Shown here one piece after another: positions 42,460-55,302 of a stretch of DNA of 64,000 bases. Position numbers and translations under genes: made by a program. Position 1 is the first letter of the stretch, and each line of letters opens with the position of its first letter. Origin of the DNA: Paraspadella gotoi (taxonomy: Eukaryota; Animalia; Chaetognatha). The stretch is taken from the NCBI GenBank assembly GCA_051294375.1, contig CM119271.1, forward strand, positions 2,370,677 to 2,434,676, in the 5' to 3' direction. A model generated the notes under the pieces. The model was not told where the DNA came from, did not search any database, and saw nothing but the letters and a program-made list of their open reading frames with translations.

Positions 42460-43005
42460 NNNNNNNNNNNNNNNNNNNNNNNNNNNNNNNNNNNNNNNNN
42501 NNNNNNNNNNNNNNNNNNNNNNNNNNNNNNNNNNNNNNNNNNNNNNNNNNNNNNNNNNNNNNNNNNNNNNNNNNNNNNNNNNNNNNNNNNNNNNNNNNNN
42601 NNNNNCACGAGAAATATCTTGATTCCACTTCGGACTCAATCTTTCTTTCCTCCTTCTTTACCAGTACAACTAGTCCTCTTGTGATTTTCAGTCTTTCTAT
42701 CCATCTTTCTATATTTTATATCTTTCTATCTATTCAAGCCATATTTTTTTGTGAAGCTTGAATTTTTTTGCTCCTTTGTCACGAGAATTAAGAATTCCAG
42801 TCGGTTCAATGACTAATAACAAATGATAGGAAAAACCAGACGTGAGTTATGGCGCTGAAAATAATATCATCAGCATTGTTCCCTTTCCAGTTTGATTACT
42901 ACTTCCCTTTGTTTACTAAATGTTTATTCGACGTTTTTGAAAGGATGTTAGAATATTTAAGGCCCTTATTATTTAGTACCATCCGCCATATTTATCTTTG
43001 AAGTC

Positions 43006-43039
<34 letters not shown>

Positions 43040-43605
43040 NNNNNNNNNNNNNNNNNNNNNNNNNAGAGAGAGAGAAGAGAAAGAGAGAGAGAGAGAGAGA
43101 GGAGAGAAGAGAGAGAGAGAAGGACGGACTCAAAGATAAATATGGCGGATGGGTTAACTTAAATAACATAAGGGCCTTAATATTCCTAAACATCCTTTAA
43201 AAAGCTCGCAATAAAACATTTAAGTATACAAAGGAGTAGTAATCAAAACTGGAAAGGCGAGACAATGCTGATGATATTATTTTCAGGCGCCAAACTTTCA
43301 CGTCTGTTTTTCCTATCATGTTATTAGTCAATTGAACGACTGGAATTCTTAATTCTCGTGACAAAGGAGCAAAAATTCAAGCTTCACAAAAAAAATGGCT
43401 TGATAATAGAATAGAAGATATAAAATATAGAAAGATGGATAGAAAGACTGAAAATCACAAGAGGACTAGTTGCTACGGTAAAGAAGGAGGAAAGAAAGAT
43501 CGAGTCCGAAGTGGATCAAGATATTTTCTCGTGGGTTGAAAAAAAAAAACAAAGAGAGCAGAGATGAGAGAGAGAGAGAGAGGACGAGAGAGGAGAGAGA
43601 GGAGA

Positions 43606-43639
<34 letters not shown>

Positions 43640-46600
43640 GATAGAGAAGCGCGAGAGCGTCAAAGACCTAAAAATAATATAATTCAGAGCGAAAATCATG
43701 GAAATGTGAAATGGAGAAAAATGTGTTGAGAAGAATCGAACACATAAAAGTCAAACGCAGCCTCTAACATTGCATATTGTAAACATAAATAATAAATATA
43801 ATCTTTGCACTTTATGTATGTAATTCTTTTCAAAATAAAAACTTTCCCCATGATTTAATAATTCCGGGGGAGAAAAAAAAAGGTCCACAAGTGGACAGGC
43901 GAAAATTCATGTCAGTTAAATTCTACTGATCCGAGTTTTTAAGTTCGGACATTCGGCAGGAAGGCGGAGGGGGGGGGTGGTGGGGAAGGACGATGGGTAG
44001 CTCTGATGTCCGGGGAAAAAGGGGGCGTTAAGGGAGATAAGAGGGAAGTTGATTGATGGGGAAAGGGAACAGGGGGAAGGTAGAAGGAGAGGAAGTGGAG
44101 GAGGAAGTTGGAAATAGAAATGAGAAAGGAAGAAGAAAGGAGGAATGGTGGGATGGAAAGGGGAAAGAGGAGAATAGAAGAGATTATGGGGAAGTCCGCG
44201 AAAGGGGAGAACGGAAAGATGAAAAGTGGGAAGGAGGGGACTGGAGAAAAGGGACGAGAAAAAGCGGAAAGAGGAAAGAGGGAAGTACGAAAGGAAGAAA
44301 GGTCCGGAAGAAAAGTAGGGTAGGAAGAGACAAGAGGAAGTGGGGAAGATGGAATTGGAAAGTGGGAAAGGGGAGAAGCGGAAGTGGAAAGGGGAGCGGA
44401 AAAAGAAGGATGTGGGTGGCAAGATGAAAGTGGAAGTGTGAAGGGGAGAAGCGGATAGTTGAAGAAGGAAGGGTTGTGGGGATGAAAACAGTGAAAGTAG
44501 GAGAGGGCGGAAGAGAGAGCGGATGGAATGGGAGAAGGTAAGGGCAAGAGAGAGACGGCAAGCGGAAGAAGGGAGATTGAAAAGGTGGAAATGGAAAAGC
44601 GGAGGAGCGGAAGCGGAAGAGGGAAGGGTGGGAAGATGAAAAGTGGAAGTGGAAAAGGGAGAAGCGGAAGAAGGAAATGGGAAGTGGAAAGGGAGAAGAA
44701 GAAGCGGAAGAAGGAAGGGTTAGAAGATGCAAAAGGTGAAATGTAGAGAGGGGAGAAGCGTAAGTTTCCTGTAAGGGAGCAGACGAAGCAAGGGAACGGA
44801 ATTTCATTGACATTTGTGAAGAAACTGGGAATGAGAACGCGGAGGGACCGGGAGACACCAGGAGGCCTGGGCTTTGAATAAGGTCAAAAATTCCGGGACA
44901 TCGATGCTCGCGTGAAACTTTAATAAATCACACTCAGACTTGGAAGGTTCGGGGAAATATCTCGTCTGAAAATAAAAAAATGTCCGTTAAAAGAATCCTA
45001 GAAAATTGAGGCGTGCGTCGATGCCATCGAACCGGCGCCAAAATGAGAACGGGGCGCTTTTGGGTCTCCTCGTGTGGCGCCGAAGAATGCCAATAAAGTC
45101 GATTTGGCGCCGATGGCATCGAGAAATGCAAAAGGCTCTCTTTTCCCAAAAGGCGCCTCATTTCTTGTTTCGTATATCAATGAACTTAATCAGTATGGAT
45201 TTAATTATTTAGCATTACTCTTTAACTATAATCATTAACGTTTAAACCTAATCACCAACCTCGCATCTTTAAACGAATCTTTTTAAACTTAACAATTAAC
45301 TTAATTTCGAATTTCTTTCAAAAAAAAAAATAAATAAAATAAAATGGGGCGTTGGGGGAAAATAAGGGCGAATGGGCTTGTCGCTCAGGCGAGAACCCCA
45401 ATTAAGACAATGCGGCATGTGGTGACTGGGACGCCCAATGACGGGCCGCGGTAAACTGATAGCGAGGATTTGCTTCGCCGTCGCTGATGCGTTCCGCCGA
45501 CGCTGCGACGCTGGATGCGCACCGATCGCATGACTTTTCGATGGCACTCAATACACCTCGATGGCATGTTTCCACTCTCAACTCTCGTTGGCAATTTTCT
45601 TAGAATGACGTCAGTATGAAAGGATTTGAGAAATGGAGAAGAAAAGGAAGGAAGGAGTGAGGAGGAGGAGGAGAGAAACGAACATAACTTGAATAGAAAT
45701 TGAAAAGTCGGAACATGACCAATTGGAGACGAAAGCCGACAACTACGACAACGACAAACTACGACCATTACAACGACACACAACCAACAACTACAACGAC
45801 GGACGACGATCAGCGCAGAAACCAGGCGACATTTCGACGTAATTAAATCAAATGTAATTTAAAAAATGAAGGGAGGAAAAATTGTCTCTTTAAAAAAAAA
45901 AAATTAATGTTACAACCGAATAAAAAAATATTGCATAGGGTGTGTCGAAGAATATGAGATTGGTTGGACAGAAAAGAATTGAAACATCGACGACGACGAA
46001 CGCACGACGGACGGACGAGAGAATACGCAATCCTTTTTTTTTTTCAGCAAACAACCCTCGGCAGAAAAAAAAAATATTTAAAATCTGGCTCGAAATGGGA
46101 TTCGACAACGCATGTTGAGCTTGAATGACAGAAAAAGGCGTTTCCGGTAGAAGTGGGGATGGGGAAGTGGCGGCTGTGGCGCGGCCGTTGCTGGTGACGG
46201 TAGGATGGCGTACATGGCAAAAATGAAGATCGCGAGGGCTTAGAAACGGCGGGGAAAACAGAGGCTGCTTGAGTGGGCAAAACAGCGGCGGAGGTTCGCA
46301 ACTGTCAAATGCGAATGAGAGATGATTGAGAAAGAGAAACCTGGCGCTTGATAGAGGGATTAAACAAAGCCCTCTATTTTAAAATATGGCTTCGCTTCAA
46401 GATGGCTGCTCGTCTCTTAAGATAGGCGGCGCCTTCAAAACTGGAGTCTCTCGCTACAGTTAAATAGCTGTATCGCTTCAAATTTGTTAAATCTTCTTTT
46501 AATAAACGCTTATTTTTAAATCGTTCGTAACGGCCCCTATTTTTTAAATTGGTGCTCTCTTTTAAAATTGGTTTCTCTTGAAAAAAATGGCATCTCTTAG

Positions 46601-46691
46601 ATGGTCAGCGTTTAATGGCTTAAAACGCGGGGGGATATTCACTTATGTATTAAACAAATTTAACTCGTTGAGAGATGCAGAGAGAGACGTC

Positions 46692-46740
<49 letters not shown>

Positions 46741-49406
46741 GAGAGAGAGAGAGCGGAGAGATGAGAGAAGATTTAATAAAAACTCAAGAGACGGGAGAAA
46801 AATTCTGAAAAATGGAAAGAAAAAAAGATAAAATGTAGGTGAAACGACGCTTCTTGGAACCGAACTTGGTTCGAAGTTGACTTTGCAACTGACTGACTTT
46901 GTTCAGTACAATGTGCAAAGAAATCCTACTTCGTAACAGAAAAAAGTCTATTTTACTATTGTCAGTAGAGCACTGCAGGAGAAAGGAATATTCCATTAAT
47001 AAAAAAAAGTTCTCCATTGGTGAACTTGTAGCGAAGAGATGAACAGAATAAAAAATAAATTCACTTTTAAGAAAAAGAAAAGAGCGAGCCCCAGCGTGCC
47101 GTCTCTCCTTTTAGTTTTAATGACATTTTTATTCTTCTGATTTATAAATATTTCGCATTTTTTTCTCGTTTTCTTTTTTATTAACTTTTTATTTTTTTTT
47201 ATTATTTTTTCTCATTCTTTCATTCTTTATTTTTTCCCCTTTATTTCATCTCTTCTATACTTTTTTATTTTATCTCACCCGCCCCCCAGGGAAAAAAAAC
47301 CATTTAAACTTTGACGCAGATGAAATATTTTTCGCGGATTTTCAAAAGTGAGAAATCGTCGAACGAGGATTAAATTCTCTCTCTTCTCTCTGCTTCGTCT
47401 CTTCTCTCTCTCGTCTCTTCTCTCTCTCTTCTCTCTCTTCTCTTCTCTCTCTCTTCTCTCTCTCTATTTCTCTTTATATGGGCTCATTCCTTTTGTGAGA
47501 TTATGTTTTTAGTCATTTCCTTAGCCTTCCTTTTATGTTTTGCCTTTCCTTAATTTCTGTCGTCGGATATCGTTGGTTTACTTTTGAACAAAGTTTTGTT
47601 TAGAAAACTGTTATACATGGGATATTGTAAGTTGTAAGTTTGGTTATTATCGTTTTGAATGAAATCCCCTTTTCATGATTATGAATTAGTTTAGGTTAGC
47701 TGTTAGGTTTTAGGCTTAAGTACGAGATTAGGGGGGTATTTATAATAACTTTCTTTGGTTAAAATGGTGACATAGGAACAGAAATGTGGCCTCTTTCGAA
47801 AATTGTGACGAGAAACTTATGTTACCAAGGGAAACGTATTCTGAAAAATACCAAATTCCATTTATGATGGCTCAAATACCAAGACGAGTTCTGAACAATG
47901 TTTTTGTTTCTCTTTCTCCACTCTCATCACTTCTCTACTCTCTCTCTTCCTCTCTTTTCTCTCTCACGTTTTCTTTTTCTCTTTTCTCTTAATAAATGTT
48001 TTTGATTCATTTTTTATTATTTTTTTCCATTTCTTTCTCTTCTTCCCTCTCTCTCTATCTTCTTCTGTCTTCTTATTCAATGTTATTGAGACCAGATTTT
48101 TTAAATTTTCCTTTAGTCTCTTTCTCACCCGCCCTCTCTTCCTCTCTTCTTCTCTTTGCTCTCTCTCCAATCTATTCTCTCTCTCTCTCTCTCTTTCTCC
48201 TCTCTCTCTCCTCTCTCTCTCTCTCTCTCCTCTCTCTCTTCTTCTCCTCTCTTATCCCTCTCCCCTCACCTCTCTCTCATCTCTTATTTAATATTTGAAT
48301 AAAAAAATTTCTTATTTTTTTCCGTTTCTGCATCTCTCTCGCCTTCTCTACTTATCCCTCTCCCTCTCCTCTTCCGCCCGTGTCCTCTCTTCCCCCGCTC
48401 TCTCCCTCTCTAATCTCTGGCATTGATTCCAAATGACTCCATATAAAAAAAGTATGCTTATAAAATGTCAAAGAACACCCATGGCCGATCTCCATATTAT
48501 ACCCGCCATCTCACTTCTGTACAATTTCTCTCTTTTACGAAATAACCGTCATCCCATATTCTTTATGCTCTTTCGCACTTTTGACTTGACAAAAATAAAT
48601 AAAGGAATTAAAATAAATACAGAAATAAATAAATAAAAAAATAAATAAAGAAATAAATAAATAAAGTAAATATAATAAACAAATAAACAAATAAAAATAA
48701 ATAAACTAAAAATAAATAAATAAATAAATAAACTAAATAAATAAATAAATAAATAATAAAACAAGAAATAAGTAAATAAATAAATAAATCAACACCTTTC
48801 ATACAATCCCCTCGCTCAAACCTCCCCACGTCCCCGCCCCCTTCTCCACTCTCCGCTGAGAATTTATCCAATTTTCCATCTCGAATTTTTTCGCTCAATG
48901 AAATCGATCTCTTCAACGGCGGTCACGGGCGGTCACGGCGCTACCTAAATCCCCGCGTCACGACGCCGCTAACTTCAGCCGAGGCCGGCCCGGCGTCAAC
49001 GGCGTTTTCATCGAAGTAGGAGCTCTTTTCAAGATTTTTTTTTTTTTTTTTGTTTTTTTTTGCGATTCAACATTTTGAAAACGATTCAAATTTCTCCGAA
49101 AATTAAAATCTTTGTTGAAATTTTTTTTCCTCTTCTTTTCTTTCTTCCTTGAATCCGCATTAGAATAGAAATTCAACCGATGGAGACAGACACGAAGGAT
49201 TTAAGGCAGAAAAATATTTCGATCTCTTTTAAAAGTACTTATCAATGATTTATTTTCCTCTCCATTCGCGAAGATGACAAAGCATTAAATTTTTGGCACG
49301 ATATAAGAAAAAAAAAAGTTTATCGTTTTTTTTCAATTTACGTCTTTAATGTTTTCCTCATTACTTGATTACTCATTTGTTCTTTCTTCAGAAAACCAAT
49401 AACCTG

Positions 49407-49408
<2 letters not shown>
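36929..49408. repeat. ~6.2-kb-arm palindrome centred on the N gap at 43040-43064
   Basis: 43065-49408 is an indel-rich reverse complement of 36929-43039, for example tgcaggttattgg at 36929 versus ccaataacctgca at 49408. Confidence 0.9.
41380..42135. repeat. Polypyrimidine minisatellite (cttccgcttctcccctttccacttccacttttcatc-like units)
   Basis: Recurrent ccacttccacttttcatcttcc. It explains the long low-complexity ORFs at 41276-42380 and 43916-44858. Confidence 0.8.
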
Positions 49409-49443
<35 letters not shown>

Positions 49444-49818
49444 GTTTTCGACTTATGTCCAAAATACTATGATTTATTACTTCTAATTCAAACATTGAGT
49501 CGACCAACCGAATAAGGTAATCGCCTTAACATCCAGACTTTGAAACCGTCAATGAAATGCATTCGTAAGCCTTTGGCACATAAATTCCATCTTTCTGCAT
49601 TTTAAATTTAAAACCGATGCTATTTGAAATAATAATAAAAAATTCTTTTTCGTGTGGAGAAGAAAAAGGCCGAGAGATAAAACGCCTCATATGTTTTTGG
49701 TTTTTGGTTTTTTTTCAAGTCATTTTTATTTAGCTTTTTTCGTGAAAGATTTTTTTTTCAGTCTCTGTTTTCTGCCAACACGAATTTTCCACGCAAAAGA
49801 ACAAAGAGATTTCATTTC

Positions 49819-49956
49819 GGCCCTATTTTCCCTGAACTCCCAATTTCATTAGCATTAGGTTATAAGTTTGAGCATACATAGACGGTTAAATATTAAGGTT
49901 AAATTTAAATTCAGGGAATAAGGAACAGAAACGGGGAGTTCTCGGAAAAGAGAGCC
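49819..49956. mobile_element. Complete short MITE of the same family
   Basis: Left TIR ggccctattttccctgaactcccaatttc versus the reverse complement of the right TIR, ggctctcttttccgagaactccccgtttc. Confidence 0.7.
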
Positions 49957-50613
49957 GTTGGCTCAATTTTTGCTCTTTTATCCTTTTTCATTTTCTCGCT
50001 TTCTCTTTCTGATCGTCTTGTCTTTTCTCTTTTGTTCTTTCCTATCGGATTTTTTAACTTCTACTGTGAATACTTTTTTTATGTGTCTTTTTCTTTTTTT
50101 ATTTTATTTAATCTATATTCTTTAAATATATATGTATTGCTTTTTTAAAAATTATTTACTTATCATTATATCTAATAACTCATTTTGGGAAGGGGAAGTC
50201 AGTGTTATCTTCTGGAAATAGAGGGAGCATCTATACAACATAAGGTTAGATTACAATCTGTCCTAGTTTTCTAATAGATGTTTTCATGTTACCTTATTTT
50301 AATTATTATATCGATAATAATGATTACAATCCGGTACATACACCCAGCATAACTCAAATAGATGATTTTCGGTCTATGTCTCTGTCCATCTGTTTATGCA
50401 TAACATTACTAACCAAAATTGTTCAAAGTCAGAAGCTCGAATAATAAGAAATTAAAAAAACTTCCGATTTTACAAAATAAATCAACAATAAAAAAAAATA
50501 AAGAGAGAGAGAGAGAAAACCGTTCCCAAATGAAAATAGGAAAGCCTTTTTGTTTTGATGTTTTCAATCTATTTACGCATAGTTTTATCGCGTGACTTTT
50601 TGTTTATCAACAG

Positions 50614-50696
50614 GGGGATTCACCGTGACGGTTCACTCCATCTCCGCTTGGCTCACGGTCGCTCTCACCGCCTTTCGACACGTCATCATTTTACAG
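50614..50696 (+). CDS. GPCR exon D, TM3 (ends at a GC donor)
   Basis: Acceptor tttatcaacag|. Translates (G)GFTVTVHSISAWLTVALTAFRHVIILQ, compared with the family pattern H.iSiWLTv.LA.wRY. Ends CAG|gcaaaa in phase 0, matching the phase-0 start of exon E. Confidence 0.9.
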
Positions 50697-50850
50697 GCAA
50701 AACTTTTCTTTTCGCCTTCAATGTTTTTCCTTTTACTTGTTTTATTGATTTTCCTTCTTTTTTTTTAGCTTAATTTAAATTTATCTGTTTTCATTATTTT
50801 TTTTATCTCTTCGTTGCTTTCTTTCTTTATTTGTTTTGCTGTTGTTTGTT

Positions 50851-50898
<48 letters not shown>

Positions 50899-50902
50899 TT
50901 TT

Positions 50903-50973
<71 letters not shown>

Positions 50974-51284
50974 CTTTTTCTATCCCTTTTTACTATTTGT
51001 TCGTTTCTTTCTTTCATTTCACGCTTTTATTCACCCTTTGTCATTCTCAGCAACAAACAGAATTAGACGCTATTTTGTTTTGAACTTTGATCTTTTGGCT
51101 CGGGATCAATTTCCTTCTTTTTGCTTTTTCTAATTTTGACTCCCCCCCCCCTCTTCTTCTTTTCATTTAATTTTCACATATACTTTTCACTTTTTAAACT
51201 CACAAGTCTCCCAACTTCACAACACAAACTACCACGCCCTCTTCTAATGGTCCCAATCACCAACCTCAACCCTCGATCCTCTCT

Positions 51285-51472
51285 GTCGATATTTTCCAAA
51301 AGCACCCCATTTCGGCTTCAATTTCAAATCAAATTTATTTTTTTACGTTAAAAGATTCGCCCAGGGTTTTCGATTTAGTTAGGGTTAGGGGATTTTATCA
51401 GGGTTAAGGGTTAAAATTTAAGTTCAGATACATCGAGGAAACAGAAACCGAGCGCTTTTGGAAAATAGTGCC
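51285..51472. mobile_element. Complete MITE of the same family in the GC-AG intron
   Basis: TIRs gtcgatattttccaaaagcaccccatttcgg and gaaacagaaaccgagcgcttttggaaaatagtgcc, with internal ttagggttagggg. Partial copies at ~13570-13795, ~16860-17030, ~35878-35985 and ~40790-41044. Confidence 0.7.
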
Positions 51473-51592
51473 CTGCCCAATCTCTCTCAGATCAACCCCT
51501 GCCTTTTTTTTTTAATCCGTCCTTAACCTCAACCCTCAACCATTCTACCCTCAACTATCCTACCCTCAACTATCCTACCCTCAACCAACCAG

Positions 51593-51722
51593 TCGACAAA
51601 GGCGGGCTACAAGATCGGGACCATGGTGAACGCCGCTCGAGCGATCGTCGTCGTCGTCGTTCTCACAGTCGTCGCCAACGTACCCAACTACCTCGCCTTC
51701 TATCCCCAGTTTTACGCGAATG
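51593..51722 (+). CDS. GPCR exon E, ICL2-TM4
   Basis: Acceptor caaccaaccag|, donor |gtaagg. Translates STKAGYKIGTMVNAARAIVVVVVLTVVANVPNYLAFYPQFYAN, a hydrophobic helix ending in the N.P.Y motif. Confidence 0.9.
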
Positions 51723-52219
51723 GTAAGGTCGAAAAGAGGGCGGGGCCTTGAGGGCGGGGCCGTGGGGGCGGGGCCGTGGGGGCGGCAGTGTGGGGGTTTG
51801 AAAGTAAGGAAAGGTGACATTGGGAGGAGAGGGAGGGGCCGAAGAATGGGAAGGTAAGTCAGGGAGTTTGGAAAGGGTAAGTTAAGTGACGGAAAGATGA
51901 GGAGAATGATATGTAGGCAAGGAAAGAGCAGAGTGATAGGTAGGTAGGGAGTTGGCGTAAAAGGTAAGTAGATGGGAAGGTAAGGGAGTGAGTTTTAAAA
52001 GGTAAGTTAAGTGATGATAAGGAGAGGAGAGTGATGGGAAAGTTAGACGACTACAAGAAGGTGAGGGGATGGTGTGAGAATGAAAGAAGAAAGAAGTTCA
52101 TTGGCGGAAAGAAGCGTGATTGCGGAGGAGAGGGAGGAGGAGGAGGTTTAGGAAGGACTTGGCAACACTCGTGACGAGGGTGGGGAGATAAAGAGAAGGA
52201 TTGGGTCAAAGAAGGAAAC

Positions 52220-52286
<67 letters not shown>

Positions 52287-52879
52287 GAAGAGAGAAAAGA
52301 TGAGAGAAAGCGAACAGAAATCAAGGAGGAGAAATGAACAATGGAAAAGAAAGAAAAGAATATAGATAAAGAAAAAGGAGAGAGAGAGAGAGAGAGAGTA
52401 GCAGAGAGTAGGAGAGAGAGAGAGAGAGAGAGGAGAGAAGAGAGAGAGAGCAGAGACAGAGAGACAGAGACAGAGACAGAGTCAGAGACAGAGAGAGAGA
52501 GAAAACCAGAGAAAGAAGGAGAGAGACACTCTAAATCGTGGTTTTTTTTTCGTAACAAAACAAACATAAATTAACAACCGACTCAATTCTGTCGAGGCCG
52601 AAGGGTGTCACGTGATAAAAAAAATTTCTAGAATCGGCGAAATCTGCCGGAATCCAGCCGGAATCCGGCCGAAACTCATCGGGAATCCGACGTATATAAA
52701 CGAGGAAACCATTCGACCGAAAATTCAAAACGATGATTGAAAAAAATCTCTGTCCTTTTAATCTCGAAACCAGAATTGTTGCCTTTTGTTAGATTTTTTT
52801 TCCTTCTGTTTTTTTTTATTGTTGTTGTTTTCTTCCGTAAAAAACAATTTTCGTCTTTCGTTTCCTTTTTTGGTTTCAG

Positions 52880-52939
52880 ATTCGAACGAGGAGGTTGAAA
52901 ACATCTCGCAAAACAACGAGTCTTCCATCTCTCTCTCGG
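52880..52939 (+). CDS. GPCR exon F, ECL2 (symmetric 60-nt exon, phase 1/1)
   Basis: Acceptor tttttggtttcag|, donor |gtaaat. Translates (D)SNEEVENISQNNESSISLS with N-glycosylation sequons NIS and NES, plus NDS across the upstream junction. No homology motif, so support is splice signals, phase and composition. Confidence 0.7.
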
Positions 52940-53221
52940 GTAAATAAAAAAAACCAAAAAAAAAAAACCATATACATAACCAAACATAAAACTGAACAAA
53001 AACATAAACAAAATTTTTGTGATAATTTTTTTATTGATTGTACCAATCTCATATAAACAATAGACTAAATGTTTGAGTTTTTTGATTCAGATGAATTTTG
53101 ACGAGAAAATTATTTTTTCAAACGTGTCTAATTTTTCTCACTTTGTCTCTAATAATATTTTAACTGTGTAATCTTTATATACATATTATATTATTACATA
53201 TTATATACATATTATTACTCA

Positions 53222-53526
53222 TATGAAATTGGTACAACCAATATAAAAATTATCCATTCATTTAATAAATAGGCTTTCTTGCCCCTGACTTTGGACAGGC
53301 TTTGGTGGTTTAAGGCCTCCATCACTCTTACAAGATAATGACATAGCAGGTCCCTGCAAGCTTACAATCAAGATTCTCTCACAGTCTCGTTTATTCACTC
53401 CTAGAGTACCTGGATTCCCTATCAATGAAGTGGTATAATGTTTCAAAGAATGTTTCAATTGTATGAAAAGACCACTCCCTTAAGTATTAGATCGGAGAAT
53501 ACTATATTGTACTCCGCACTAGCATC
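53222..53526 (-). mobile_element. Family B copy
   Basis: Colinear with 7040-7342 with scattered substitutions. Confidence 0.75.
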
Positions 53527-53853
53527 ATTATAATATAATATAATACCATTAAATATGTTTTCATGCCCCTGACTTTTATACATACATTAACATCTCTTTC
53601 TCTTTCTTTCTATCTCGCTCTCTCTCTCGTTCCTTCCTTCTCTCTCTCTCTCTCTCTCTCTCNNNNNNNNNNNNNNNNNNNNNNNNNNNNNNNNNNNNNN
53701 NNNNNNNNNNNNNNNNNNNNNNNNNNNNNNNNNNNNNNNNNNNNNNNNNNNNNNNNNNNNNNNNNNNNNNNNNNNNNNNNNNNNNNNNNNNNNNNNNNNN
53801 NNNNNNNNNNNNNNNNNNNNNNNNNNCTCTCTCTCTCTCTCTCTCTCTCTCAG

Positions 53854-53996
53854 CCATTTCCGGTTATTGGTGGGTGGCGCAGTCGGATGTCTTCCCCCAG
53901 AGCGTCTACTTCTGGATCCAAGCCGTTCTTTTCAAAATTCTTCCCTGCATTCTCTCTGTCTCTCTCAGCGCTTTGCTGCTGCACCAAATGCACAAG
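53854..53996 (+). CDS. GPCR exon G, ECL2-TM5
   Basis: Acceptor (ct)n-cag|, donor |gtgatt. Translates (A)ISGYWWVAQSDVFPQSVYFWIQAVLFKILPCILSVSLSALLLHQMHK. FW...vlfK.lPC is the dmsr/SPR TM5 signature. Confidence 0.95.
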
Positions 53997-54000
53997 GTGA

Positions 54001-54036
<36 letters not shown>

Positions 54037-55302
54037 NNNNNNNNNNNNNNNNNNNNNNNNNNNNNNNNNNNNNNNNNNNNNNNNNNNNNNNNNNNNNNNN
54101 NNNNNNNNNNNNNNNNNNNNNNNNNNNNNNNNNNNNNNNNNNNNNNNNNNNNNNNNNNNNNNNNNNNNNNNNNNNNNNNNNNNNNNNNNNNNNNNNNNNN
54201 NNNNNNNNNNNNNNNNNNNNNNNNNNNNNNNNNNNNNNNNNNNCTCTCTCTCTCTCTCTTTTTCCCCTCTCTTCTCTTTTAAACCAAACTCTCTTCCCCT
54301 CTTTTCTCTCCGAGTCATTTATTCTCTTTTCATAACTTCATAAATTATGGAACAAATTTTTTTTTTTGATTAAAAACCTGTCTTTAAAAAATATAAACAA
54401 AAAAAAAACAAAAAAACTTGGTGTTATGAGATCCATAATTATTTTAATATCAGAGTCAGACATCCAATAAAAATGGAGACGGGACGCGACAAGTCTAAAT
54501 TCAAAACTATTAGAACTCCAACCATGCGAAAACAAAATAAAAAACAAATTAAAAAGCGAAAAAAAAAAAAAAAAAAANNNNNNNNNNNNNNNNNNNNNNN
54601 NNNNNNNNNNNNNNNNNNNNNNNNNNNNNNNNNAAAAAAAAAAAAAAAAAAAGCAAAAACCAATTAGAAGCTAAAATAAACAGCGACAGCGACCATTCGC
54701 TAAAAACGCTTTGCATCAACGAGGGACCTAAAAAAAATCCTTTTCCATTCACTTCTCCCTTCCACCAAAATGACAACGGCCGAAAAAAAAAATGGCGCAA
54801 AAAAAAATTCAAAATGGCGGCCGTCTTATTCAAAATGGGCGCCGCCTTTGACTCGCTTGGGTGACGCGCCAACGAGACGAAAGGTTTTATTGAGGGAAAA
54901 GCGACGGAAATCGAGATGGCGTGGATCGAGTCGCGTTAAAAGACAACCAAGTATTACGCTAATCAGAAAGCCTCCGTTATAACCAAGTATTACGCCGTAT
55001 TTAATGACTCTGAACCATTCACAACCATTTTGTTACTACTAAGTATTAAGCCATTCATAACGCCTCCGTTACAACAAAGTATTACGCCATTCAGAAAGCT
55101 TCTGTTACATTGGACTGTATGGAACTTCCACAGCTCCTTGAAACAATTTACTAAAACTGCATATGTCGCAATGCAGGATAAAAGCTAAAAGGGAGTTTCA
55201 GCCTACTTTTGCATCAATTTATTGATCTCAGAAACAACTCCTTTACCCAATATTATCAATTGTGCAGCCATTTGGTATTCAGAAGGTTCAGTTACAATGT
55301 GA

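Noticed and set aside
41276-44858. Long ORFs of 200-343 aa rich in P/F/L/S or K/G/E
   Set aside because: They come from a polypyrimidine minisatellite and its inverted copy, are open in several frames, and the frames are not conserved between copies.
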